63,600 nt of DNA. Origin: Eubacteriales bacterium (lineage in GTDB: Bacteria > Bacillota > Clostridia > Oscillospirales > CAG-272). The translations under genes and the position numbers were made by a program. Positions 16,201 to 25,226 of the stretch are shown one piece after another (position 1 is the stretch's first letter; each line of letters begins with the position of its first letter). The DNA is taken from NCBI GenBank assembly GCA_045605175.1, contig JAZUPL010000035.1, positions 1-63,600 of the forward strand. The letters are read 5' to 3'. The notes beneath the pieces are model-generated. The model saw only the letters and a list, made by a program, of their open reading frames with translations. It did not search any database and was not told where the DNA came from.

Positions 16201-16896
16201 TTTAATTTCCGCCTCCGAGTTTACCTTGCCGTCCTCGCGAATAGTACGAATGTAGAAAATGTCCCCTTGCGAGGCAGAATAAACTCTAAGTTTTTCGCCC
16301 CTTGGTGCTTCGTTTAGGTAGTTTATTGATATACCCTCTATTCTGTAACCGTCAAGGGGAAGGAAGTTTGAATACATATCGGGATAACGAGTGTTGTTCA
16401 TGTGCCCATTTTGGTCAAGGTCGGCATAGTTTACGGTATATGTTCCAACCTCGCAAAGTTCGCTTGGTAAATAAAACCTTTGCAAAGCCATACCGTTGCT
16501 ATCATGTACTTCAAGACCGAGGTTGAAGTCGTCCACCTTAACAAGACTTCTTGTTTGTGTGTCAATAAGAGCCCATACCGAAACCGCTCTGCCTATCACT
16601 TCCTCGCCTCTTTCGATGGCATAACAACGCAGAAAACTGTAACCTCGACTCTCGCAAGGGTAGGTGCAGGCGGTGAGCCTGTCATAAACACGCACAGGCG
16701 AGGTAAATTCCATTTTTATCTTGCTGAGTATAAAGGCACGCCCCATGTTTTTTAACTCATCGTAGGACATTCCGCCCTCGCTTAACTGACTCTGTGCACA
16801 ACTCTGGATATATCGCATAAGTGCCGATGCCCGTGCCACGCCGTTTGGATCTATATCGTGTATATCGACTTCAATATTTGTTTTGTAAATAGACAT
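16186..16896 (-). CDS. Acyl-ACP thioesterase (FatA/B-like, double hotdog)
   Basis: 236 aa with a DIDPNGVARASALMRYIQ start and a second hotdog half carrying DLDQNGHMNNTRY. Confidence 0.8.
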   Translation of the reverse strand: MSIYKTNIEVDIHDIDPNGVARASALMRYIQSCAQSQLSEGGMSYDELKNMGRAFILSKIKMEFTSPVRVYDRLTACTYPCESRGYSFLRCYAIERGEEVIGRAVSVWALIDTQTRSLVKVDDFNLGLEVHDSNGMALQRFYLPSELCEVGTYTVNYADLDQNGHMNNTRYPDMYSNFLPLDGYRIEGISINYLNEAPRGEKLRVYSASQGDIFYIRTIREDGKVNSEAEIKLASL

Positions 16897-17054
16897 ATTA
16901 TCACCTCTTTATAGATATATTTTACCACCGTTTTTCTTTTTGTCAATGAAGCGTGGGGAAATTTAACAAATTGAAAATAAAAATATAACAAATGCTTTTT
17001 TGGTGTAGATTTTTCTTTTGGTTTATGTTAGAATATATAAAAAAGGAGGCTTAT

Positions 17055-17366
17055 ATGACTATTTTAACCAAGGATAATTTTCAGTGCGAGGTCGAGCAGT
17101 ACGAGGGGCTTGTTGTTATAGATTTGTATGCAGACTGGTGTGGCCCTTGTAAAATGCTCGCACCGATATTAGAGGAACTTGACGGTGAGTATGAAAATGT
17201 GAAGTTCTGCAAGGTAAACGTGGACGAACAGATAGAACTTGCAAGAATGTTTCGTGTTGAGAGCATTCCTATGCTCGCATTCGTCAAGGACAACACTTTT
17301 CTTGACTTCTCGGTGGGCTATGTGCCAAAGGAAAATATAGTAAGTATGATAGAGGAATACATATGA
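17055..17366 (+). CDS. trxA: Thioredoxin
   Basis: WCGPCK active site. Start set at the ATG behind AAGGAGG. Confidence 0.92.
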   Translation: MTILTKDNFQCEVEQYEGLVVIDLYADWCGPCKMLAPILEELDGEYENVKFCKVNVDEQIELARMFRVESIPMLAFVKDNTFLDFSVGYVPKENIVSMIEEYI

Positions 17367-17560
17367 AAATTAGGCTCAACGATAACGCCGAGGTTGTCAA
17401 GACGGTCAAAGAGGGGCTTGAGAGGACGGGTGGCTATTGCCCTTGTCGCTTGTCAAGGACCGAGGATAACAAATGTATGTGCCTCGAATTCAGAAAGCAG
17501 ATTAAGGACCCTGATTTTGAAGGATACTGTCACTGTATGCTATATTATAAGGAAAAGTAG
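17363..17560 (+). CDS. Ferredoxin:thioredoxin reductase catalytic-subunit-like protein (minimal FTRc)
   Basis: CPC-x14-CMC-x15-CHC cysteine pattern of FTR catalytic chains. ATGA start/stop overlap with trxA. Confidence 0.7.
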   Translation: MKIRLNDNAEVVKTVKEGLERTGGYCPCRLSRTEDNKCMCLEFRKQIKDPDFEGYCHCMLYYKEK

Positions 17561-17563
17561 AGA

Positions 17564-17596
17564 GAACGGGAATTTTAGTCCCGTTCTTTTGTTTTT
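17564..17596 (+). terminator. Intrinsic terminator after the trx-FTRc pair
   Basis: gaacggga/tcccgttc stem followed by ttttgttttt. Confidence 0.8.
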
Positions 17597-17726
17597 GTAT
17601 CGAGTTTTCTCTCTTCCTTTCGCAGGGTGAAAAATCCTGTAAAAACGGGGAGAAATGTTAACCGAAAAGGAGGTTGTTTTGGTGGGAAGTGCTATGCTAT
17701 AATACATAAAAAAAGCGAGGTATTAT

Positions 17727-20700
17727 ATGAAAAGATTGATTTACGGAGTGCTTTTGCTAATAGTAATCACCTGTCTTTTTTGCTCATTTTCCGATGGGGG
17801 AGCGAGCGAAAACGGCAGGGCGATAATAACCGAACAAGGCGATATTTACATCGGCACTCTTGACGGAGAAGAGGTAGTTGCAAACGGGGATATATACGAG
17901 GTAATCAAAACCTTGTCGAGCCTTTGTAAAAGGCTTGAATTTGACGGAATAAGCACAACCGATAGTCTAAAACTTCCCGAGGGCCGTTACGAATTTTTCG
18001 GCAGTTTTGAAATTGAGGACAATCTTATTATCGAGCAAGGAGTGGAACTTACACTTTTTGGCGATATTCGTTTGGGAGGCAGTATTATTCTGCGTGGCGG
18101 TACGCTTAAAATCATCGACGGCGTGACACGGGCAGACGGTGGAGTAATCCTCGACTCCTTTGCAGGCTCGTCTCTTTTTATGAGTGGAGGCGAAATAATA
18201 TCCTCGAAAAGCGGCGGTGCTGTTGAAATATGGCTCGGTACGGCAGAAATAGGCGGAGGATATATAAAAAATGCAAACGGAAATGCTATTGTAAACCATT
18301 CCACACTTTCGCTTGGTGGCTCTGTATTGCTCGACGGCGGTGGGGTTGATTTGCTGACAAGCAAACCTGTTGGACTTACCGCCTGTGGAGAGGGGCTTGC
18401 TTCGGTCTTGGAGTGCGAGTATTCTGCCGAGATAAAGGAGGGATATAGAACTACCGTATTTTATAGCGCAAAAGGCGTCTATATAGATAACATAGCCCTC
18501 TTTGACAAAGATGGAAAGTCTCAGAGCCTTGGATATTCAGAGAGTTTAGAGGGCTGTGCCTATTCTGATATATTATCCGTCAACCTACCTTATTTTGCCG
18601 AGTATTACAGCGCTACTGAATTAATATATAGGAGCGAGTTTTATGTTGGCGAAAGGGCAGAAGTACCTGATATTGTTATGCCACAGGGCTTTACCGTCTT
18701 GGGTTGGTACAAGGACATAAATCATACCGAGGAGTTTGTCTTTGGCTCTTTACCCTCTGAGTCTTACAGGGTGTTTGTTGGAGTAGGACTTTCGCCCTTT
18801 TCCTATTCGATAAACCGACTGAAAACCGAGTATGACGGCAAGGAGCATATAGTTTCTTTTGCATCGCTAAGTCACCCTCTTGACGGGCAGTACAGTTTCG
18901 TCTGGTATAACCCAAGGGGCGAGGTGGTGTCGCTTTCCGACAGTTTAACCGTAAAAAACACCACCGATAGCGGAATGTACAGTTGCGAAATAACCTTCAG
19001 ATACGAGGGATATACCATAACTCGCTTGGTAGAAGATATAGAGATATCCATAGAAAAAAAGGTGCTGAGTATTCCCACAGTACCGAGCGTTGAATATGAC
19101 GGTGGCGAAAAGCAACCTATGATTTTTTCCACCTCTCTATATGAGGTCGAAAGGGTGGGATACACAGACTCAGGAGTGTATAAAGTAGCCCTGACACTTC
19201 TTGACAGCGAAAATTACAGGTGGCTAATAACAGAGGGGGAAACTGCCTACGCAAGTTTTGAGATAACACGGGCAGAGAATTACTGGTTAGAAAGCCCTTG
19301 GGTGGGCGACACATATTTTGGCGAGCAGATTTTACAGAGAGCAACAGGTCGCTTTGGTGAGCTGGTATATCTTTATTCAAAGGAGGAAAACGGCGAATAC
19401 ACTACCGAAACACCCAAAGAGGTAGGAACATATTATCTTAAGGCGGTAATAGAAGAAACGGGCAACTACCTCGGGTTAGAGAGCGAGCCTTTAAGGTTCT
19501 TTATAATGGAGGACAAGGTTGTTTCACTCTCGGTGCTAACCCTAATGACAAAGAGTGAATACACCTCGTTTGACTATTTTGACAGAAGTGGATTAACCCT
19601 GCTCGCTACTTATAAAAGTGGTAAAAAGGAAGAAATTGACGGAAAAAGCGTAGCCGTATCCTATCAAAGCGCCGACTCCTTCAGATACCTTGACACGGCT
19701 ATACTTGTGACTTACAAAGGCATCACCCTTCCAATTCCCGTCACTATCAGCAAGGCGGAATATCTCTTTTTTATACAGGATTTTCAAACCAAAACAACCT
19801 ATAACGGAAAATATCAAATTCCCACGGTGAGTATAAATATGCCCACAGGCATTGACCAAATAACCCCAACCTACAAGGTAATCGGCGGGGGGAGAGATAG
19901 AGGAGTCTATACGGTAAGGATAGATTTCTTTACCGAGAGTCAGGAGTATTTCGTGCCTGAAAGTCTGACATTCGAGTTTACTATTTCCGCCTATGAGGTG
20001 GAAGGTGTGTATTATAATACGACCTTCGTCTATGACGGAGGGGTAAAATGTCCCGAGGGGTATTATCTTGATATTTTCGGGGCAGAGATACCGCTTTCTT
20101 TTGAGGGTGGCAAAACAAACGCAGGGGATAATTATTTAGCAAAGGCATATATTAACGACGAAAACTATTACTTAAAAAATGACACGGTAGAGTTCAAAAT
20201 AGAAAAGGCGTACTATAATCTTGCCGAGGTGTATTGGAGTTCCGACGGTTTTACCTATAATGGGCAGGTGCATAGCGTGTCGGTTTACGGCTTGCCTGAT
20301 GGCGTTGAGGCTGTCGGATATTTAGACAACATCGCCATCGATGCGGGGGAGTATTTTGCCGAGGTAAGACTGATATATGACGATAAAAACTACATTAAGC
20401 CACAAATCGAGCCATACAGATGGGAAATAAAAAAGGCAGAATACGATATGACATCCGTCGAGGTCTTAGGTGGAATGTTTGAATATAGCGGTGATTACTA
20501 CTACCCAACAATTTTGGGAGAGATGCCGACGGGGCTTGATGGATATACGCTTTGTTATCGTATTTTGGACGGTGTTAGGGATGTGAGTGTCGGTGCTGTT
20601 AGTGTGGGAGTGGAGTTCTTCACCGAGAGCAAAAACTATAACGCACCGCCTATAATGTATGCGACGGTTGAGGTCTATCCCAAGGAGATTACCGTACTAT

Positions 20701-22502
20701 GGTCAGACCTTTCGACCGTCTATAACCAAAAGCCACAATATCCAAAGGCAGAGGCCGAGGAGTGCGACATAGAGGTGGAAGTTCTCGCCATAAACGCAGG
20801 CGAATACACCGCAAAGGCAAAAGCCAAAAACCCAAATTACACGGTTAAAAACAGTTCGGCAGTGTTCGTTATACAAAAGGCGGAGAACTATTGGACTTCT
20901 GTCCCTACTGCTACCGATATTTTCTTCGGGCAAGGGGTGAAAATAAACGGTTCGCCCTTTTATGGGGATTTTGAGGTCGAGTATTATCTTGACAAAGAAC
21001 TATCGCGTCCTATAAATCCCCCTCTTGAGGTTGGCAAATACTACGCCTGCCTTGTGGTTAGGGAAAGCGAAAATTACGAGGAACTCAGGTCTGAGGCACT
21101 ATCCTTTGAGGTAAAAGCAGTAATCGCCGAAAGCATTGAATTTACTCTATTAAACCCTATTTTAGCACTTTCAAAAATAGAGTATGGGGATTATGTCTTG
21201 TTGATTAAATACAATGACGGAAGCGTAAGAGAGGCAGAGCACGGCGAGGTCGAATTCGTTTACGAAAACGGCAGTTTGCCAAGGGGAAATGACGGTAAAA
21301 TGACGGTTGTTTGCCTCGGAATATCTCTTGATTTGTCTGTCACGGTACAAAAGGCAGAGTATGACTTGTCGGGCGTTTATTGGGATAACCTCTACTATGA
21401 ATATGACGGAAAAGAGAAGACGCCAAGCCTGTTGGGATTGCCACAGGGTGTATCCGTGGCGAATATTCTCGGCTCGGCTACGAATGCAGGGGAGTATATT
21501 ATTTCTGCCACTGTAAACTACGATGAGGAAAACTACAACGAGCCGAAAATGCCCACGGCAAAAATGACAATTGCAAAGCGGGGTATAACACCCTCGTTTC
21601 AAAACAGCGCGATATATAACGGTGAAATTATTTTCCCCATGGCGAGCGAGGACTTTCTTGTCCCCCTATGCGACGGTTTTCGTGACGCAGGCGAGCATTT
21701 GGTTGCTTTCGAATTAACAGATGAGAAAAACTACTACCTGACAACCCCTTACGCCACCTTTACAATTCACCCCGCCCCCGTGGAAATAGTGATAAAGGAC
21801 AAGGAGTTATATCTATTCGAGAGGGTGGAGAATATTGAATATGAAATAAACACTCACGGCAAGGATATTTCCTTCAACTTTGATTTTCATTTTGAAGGGG
21901 ATAGGATATATGCAAGGAGTGAGGACGGAAACATTCTTCTCTCTGTAACCCCCGGTAAACTTGTCAGAATTTTTGCCCTGTCGCCAACTTTAGGACGAGC
22001 GATATGTATCTCTTTTATTCTCTTTGTTTTCTTCGCCCTTTTGCTTGCTATAATTATTCGGTACAAAAATAAAATCTTCATGTTTTTAAGACCGGCAGGG
22101 GTGGTAGAAAAGCAGGTGTCAACCCCATCACTTTTGGGGACGGGGTATCTCTCGGTGGACCTTGAACACGCCGAGCGACTTCTCACCGACACCATAGCAC
22201 GCACGCTTTTGAGAAAAGAAACCGAGGTTATAAAAACCGAGGGAAGCAAGAGAGTATATATAAATGTCGATGTTTTAAGCGAGCATTTCTCCCCTGGGGA
22301 TAGGATAGATATAAATATCCTAAAAGCAAAAGGACTTGTGCCAAAGGACGCCTTGACGGTAAAGGTGCTTGGTCGGGGAATGATAGACAAGCCACTTTTC
22401 GTCTATGCAAATTCCTTTAGCCTCTCGGCGGTAAAAATGATAGCCCTGACGGGTGGCGAGGCACACAAGGTGATAAGCGAAAACAAGAATAACGATAACT
22501 AA
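17727..22502 (+). CDS. Giant membrane-anchored surface protein: signal/TM, beta-helix-like Gly-rich region, InlB B-repeat, about 10 MBG-type (YDG/YNG) Ig-like repeats, C-terminal TM, uL15-like cytoplasmic tail
   Basis: N-terminal hydrophobic segment. Repeated ...EYDGxEKxP / YNGxxxxP modules. TM LGRAICISFILFVFFALLLAIIIRY (21990-22064). Tail aligns with the uL15 C-terminal domain. Confidence 0.85.
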   Translation: MKRLIYGVLLLIVITCLFCSFSDGGASENGRAIITEQGDIYIGTLDGEEVVANGDIYEVIKTLSSLCKRLEFDGISTTDSLKLPEGRYEFFGSFEIEDNLIIEQGVELTLFGDIRLGGSIILRGGTLKIIDGVTRADGGVILDSFAGSSLFMSGGEIISSKSGGAVEIWLGTAEIGGGYIKNANGNAIVNHSTLSLGGSVLLDGGGVDLLTSKPVGLTACGEGLASVLECEYSAEIKEGYRTTVFYSAKGVYIDNIALFDKDGKSQSLGYSESLEGCAYSDILSVNLPYFAEYYSATELIYRSEFYVGERAEVPDIVMPQGFTVLGWYKDINHTEEFVFGSLPSESYRVFVGVGLSPFSYSINRLKTEYDGKEHIVSFASLSHPLDGQYSFVWYNPRGEVVSLSDSLTVKNTTDSGMYSCEITFRYEGYTITRLVEDIEISIEKKVLSIPTVPSVEYDGGEKQPMIFSTSLYEVERVGYTDSGVYKVALTLLDSENYRWLITEGETAYASFEITRAENYWLESPWVGDTYFGEQILQRATGRFGELVYLYSKEENGEYTTETPKEVGTYYLKAVIEETGNYLGLESEPLRFFIMEDKVVSLSVLTLMTKSEYTSFDYFDRSGLTLLATYKSGKKEEIDGKSVAVSYQSADSFRYLDTAILVTYKGITLPIPVTISKAEYLFFIQDFQTKTTYNGKYQIPTVSINMPTGIDQITPTYKVIGGGRDRGVYTVRIDFFTESQEYFVPESLTFEFTISAYEVEGVYYNTTFVYDGGVKCPEGYYLDIFGAEIPLSFEGGKTNAGDNYLAKAYINDENYYLKNDTVEFKIEKAYYNLAEVYWSSDGFTYNGQVHSVSVYGLPDGVEAVGYLDNIAIDAGEYFAEVRLIYDDKNYIKPQIEPYRWEIKKAEYDMTSVEVLGGMFEYSGDYYYPTILGEMPTGLDGYTLCYRILDGVRDVSVGAVSVGVEFFTESKNYNAPPIMYATVEVYPKEITVLWSDLSTVYNQKPQYPKAEAEECDIEVEVLAINAGEYTAKAKAKNPNYTVKNSSAVFVIQKAENYWTSVPTATDIFFGQGVKINGSPFYGDFEVEYYLDKELSRPINPPLEVGKYYACLVVRESENYEELRSEALSFEVKAVIAESIEFTLLNPILALSKIEYGDYVLLIKYNDGSVREAEHGEVEFVYENGSLPRGNDGKMTVVCLGISLDLSVTVQKAEYDLSGVYWDNLYYEYDGKEKTPSLLGLPQGVSVANILGSATNAGEYIISATVNYDEENYNEPKMPTAKMTIAKRGITPSFQNSAIYNGEIIFPMASEDFLVPLCDGFRDAGEHLVAFELTDEKNYYLTTPYATFTIHPAPVEIVIKDKELYLFERVENIEYEINTHGKDISFNFDFHFEGDRIYARSEDGNILLSVTPGKLVRIFALSPTLGRAICISFILFVFFALLLAIIIRYKNKIFMFLRPAGVVEKQVSTPSLLGTGYLSVDLEHAERLLTDTIARTLLRKETEVIKTEGSKRVYINVDVLSEHFSPGDRIDINILKAKGLVPKDALTVKVLGRGMIDKPLFVYANSFSLSAVKMIALTGGEAHKVISENKNNDN

Positions 22503-22518
22503 AACAAGGAAAAAACTC

Positions 22519-22547
22519 TTGAAAATAATAAAACAATGTGATATAAT
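22519..22547 (+). promoter_or_regulatory. Sigma-A promoter
   Basis: TTGAAA-17 nt-TGaTATAAT. Confidence 0.65.
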
Positions 22548-22577
22548 ACTGGTTAGTTTAATCTATGGAGGTAGAGT

Positions 22578-23153
22578 ATGTCTATTGATTCAAGAGCAGA
22601 TAGCAGAATAAACATAAAAAAACTTGTCTATCTTTCTATTTTAACCGCCTGTGTTGTCACGCTTCAGTGCATAGCCTCGTTTCTTCCCGGCGTTTTGTCT
22701 GTAAACCTCTCGCTCGTGCCTATCGTAATAGGTGCGGCAGTATGTGGCAGATTTGCAGGTGGATGGCTCGGACTTGTCTGTGGGTTTATTATTCTTTTTG
22801 ACCCTACCACCAGTGGTTTTATGTCCTTTAACGCCTTAGCAACCGTGATTCTCGTTTTGGTTAAGGGGGTTGCTTCGGGATTTTTGGGCGGTCTTGTTTA
22901 TTCGCTTTTTGAAAAGTGGAACAAATATGTTGCCGTTTTGCTTTCTGCCATAGTTGTCCCTGTTGTCAATACGGGTATATTCTTCGTGGGTTGCCTCTTG
23001 TTCTTCTTCGACCTGTTCGTCGGTGTGGCGGGCGGAAGTGTTGTAACCTACCTTATAACCGTTGTTATAGGGGTAAACTTCCTTTTTGAACTTGGTGTCA
23101 ATGTGGTGCTTGCCCCCACGATTTTAAGACTTATCAATATTAAAAAATCATAA
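22578..23153 (+). CDS. ECF-transporter S-component-like membrane protein (substrate unknown)
   Basis: 191 aa, about 6 TM helices, Gly-rich helices as in group II ECF S components. No A/T module lies nearby. Confidence 0.5.
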   Translation: MSIDSRADSRINIKKLVYLSILTACVVTLQCIASFLPGVLSVNLSLVPIVIGAAVCGRFAGGWLGLVCGFIILFDPTTSGFMSFNALATVILVLVKGVASGFLGGLVYSLFEKWNKYVAVLLSAIVVPVVNTGIFFVGCLLFFFDLFVGVAGGSVVTYLITVVIGVNFLFELGVNVVLAPTILRLINIKKS

Positions 23154-23157
23154 AGGA

Positions 23158-23188
23158 AAGTCCTTTGCTTTTTGGCAAAGGACTTTTT
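23158..23188 (+). terminator. Intrinsic terminator
   Basis: 11-bp stem aagtcctttgc/gcaaaggactt followed by ttttt. Confidence 0.85.
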
Positions 23189-23252
23189 GAAGTTACCGCA
23201 ATCACTTTTGAAGTTACTGCAATAACTATTTGAAGTTGCCGAAAACGTCTTT
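23187..23252 (+). repeat. Three tandem 21-22-bp direct repeats (TTGAAGTTRCYGMAAW...)
   Basis: Units start at 23187, 23208 and 23230. The last unit merges into hairpin ccgaaaac/gttttcgg just upstream of the rluA-family RBS. Confidence 0.7.
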
Positions 23253-23283
23253 TAAGTTTTCGGATATATCTGTTGGAGTCACA

Positions 23284-23976
23284 ATGATAGAATTCTTGTA
23301 TTTGGACGAGGATATACTCGTCATTTATAAGCCGTCGGGTGTTCCTACCCAAGCGGATAAAGGAGCAGAGCGTGACGCTCTCTCTGTTGCAAAAGAGAAA
23401 CTTTCTGATGTGGGCGAGGACAACTCGCTTTGGCTTGTGCACAGGCTCGACCGTGTGGTGAGCGGAGTGCTGGTCTTTGCAAGAAACAAAAGGACTGCCG
23501 CAGAACTATGCGAGTATGTAAAAAAATACCTGTTAAACAAGGAGTATCTCGCGGTAGTCGAGGGCGAAGGCATAGACGGGCTTCTTGAGGACTTTATTTA
23601 TAAGGACGCAAGGATAAACAAGGCGTTTGTTTTGAGAACCAAGAGGGGCGGGGCAAAGAAGTGTAGCCTTGAGTGTAGGACGCTTGCCACCACCACCTGC
23701 GAAAAGGGCACGAGAAGTTTGGTGTCTATATCCTTAATTACGGGTAGATTTCACCAGATAAGGGCGCAACTCTCATCTCGCTCCTTGCCCATAGTCGGTG
23801 ACAGAAGATACGGTAGCCGCGAGGGTGTCGGGGACTATATAGCACTTGCATCTGTGGGACTTACCCTGCCTCTGCCTATGGGAGAACACAGGGTGGTAAA
23901 ACTGCCCGATCTTGACAAATATCCTTGGAACATATTCCCGAAAGAAATATACGAAAGAGTAAAAGACAATGACTAA
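23284..23976 (+). CDS. RluA-family pseudouridine synthase
   Basis: HRLDRVVSGVLVFAR catalytic motif and GRFHQIRAQL. Start set at MIEFLYL behind GGAG. Confidence 0.88.
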   Translation: MIEFLYLDEDILVIYKPSGVPTQADKGAERDALSVAKEKLSDVGEDNSLWLVHRLDRVVSGVLVFARNKRTAAELCEYVKKYLLNKEYLAVVEGEGIDGLLEDFIYKDARINKAFVLRTKRGGAKKCSLECRTLATTTCEKGTRSLVSISLITGRFHQIRAQLSSRSLPIVGDRRYGSREGVGDYIALASVGLTLPLPMGEHRVVKLPDLDKYPWNIFPKEIYERVKDND

Positions 23977-25132
23977 AAAGTTATTTTATCTTGATGCCTA
24001 TATAAGCGAATTTTCCTCGACCGTCACTTCTGTAAGGGACGAGAGTGGGGTGTTTATGGTAGAACTTGACGCCACCGCATTTTTCCCCGAGGAGGGAGGA
24101 CAGTTTGCCGACACGGGATACATAGGCGAGCATAGAGTTTTAGATGTAAAGGAAAGGGACGGCAGAATTTTTCACTACACCGCCACAAAGCCCAATGTGG
24201 GCGAGGAATATTTTTGCAGAATAGACTTTGTAGAGAGGTATGAGAGGATGCGCTGTCATACCGCCGAGCATATTCTTTGCGGTATTATACACAGGGAGCA
24301 CGGCTTTGACAACGTGGGCTTCCACCTTGGTGACGATATAGTGACCTTTGATATAAGTTCCTACCTTGATAGAGAGCAACTTGACAGGATAGAGGACGAG
24401 GCAAACAGGATTATTTCAAAATGTCTGCCCGTCTATTCAGCCTTCCCCAAAAGCGAGGAATTGACTGAAATTTCCTATCGTTCAAAACTCGATCTTACCG
24501 AGGGGGTAAGGCTAATATATATCGGCGAAGATGGCGAGGTGGATATCTGTGCCTGTTGCGCTCCCCATGTTTCAAACACAGGCGAGATAGGTCTTATCAA
24601 AATACTTGATTTTGAGAGGCACAGAGGTGGAGTCCGTATAACCTTCCAAGCAGGCGTGCGTGCGCTTTTAGACTATCGGGCGAGATATACCGCAACCAAG
24701 AGAATTTCCGAACTTCTCTGTGTACCGCAGAACGAGGTTGCCGCCGCCACCGAGGGACTTGTGGCAGAGTGCGAGTCGCTCCGCAGAAAACTTGCCGAAA
24801 TCTCGCTAAACAAGGCGATAAGCGAGGCGGATAAAATTACCCCGACCGAGGGAAATCTTGTGGTGTATTACCCCGAACTATCCCAAAAAGAGTTGACCGA
24901 GTTCGTAAAGCGTGCCTCGAATAAGGTAGGCGGGCTTTTGGTAGCACTCTCGGGCGATGAGGGAAATATCAAATATATGATAACCTCCGAAAGCATGAAC
25001 CTATCTACTTTGGTAAAGCAGTTTAACCTTGACCTCGCGGGCAAGGGGGGAGGAAAACCGAATTGCGTTTCGGGCAGTTTCTCGTCCCCGTTTGAAAGAA
25101 TAAAAGAATATTTTGAGAATTTGAAGATATAG
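23969..25132 (+). CDS. Alanyl-tRNA editing protein (AlaX-L type: editing domain + DHHA1)
   Basis: HTAEHILCG...H zinc motif, CCAPHV, and a C-terminal GGGKPN DHHA1-like motif. Overlaps the previous gene by 8 nt. Confidence 0.85.
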   Translation: MTKKLFYLDAYISEFSSTVTSVRDESGVFMVELDATAFFPEEGGQFADTGYIGEHRVLDVKERDGRIFHYTATKPNVGEEYFCRIDFVERYERMRCHTAEHILCGIIHREHGFDNVGFHLGDDIVTFDISSYLDREQLDRIEDEANRIISKCLPVYSAFPKSEELTEISYRSKLDLTEGVRLIYIGEDGEVDICACCAPHVSNTGEIGLIKILDFERHRGGVRITFQAGVRALLDYRARYTATKRISELLCVPQNEVAAATEGLVAECESLRRKLAEISLNKAISEADKITPTEGNLVVYYPELSQKELTEFVKRASNKVGGLLVALSGDEGNIKYMITSESMNLSTLVKQFNLDLAGKGGGKPNCVSGSFSSPFERIKEYFENLKI

Positions 25133-25160
25133 AAACGGATAAAAGAGAAGAAAACAAAAA

Positions 25161-25195
25161 GAGGAAAACCTCCTGAATTAACCTTGGTTTTCCTC
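25161..25195 (-). terminator. Terminator hairpin between convergent genes (U-run on the minus strand)
   Basis: 10-bp stem gaggaaaacc/ggttttcctc, with an A-run on the plus-strand upstream side. Confidence 0.7.
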
Positions 25196-25226
25196 AAATA
25201 TATTTGCCTTTAAGTGTAAGTCCTTG

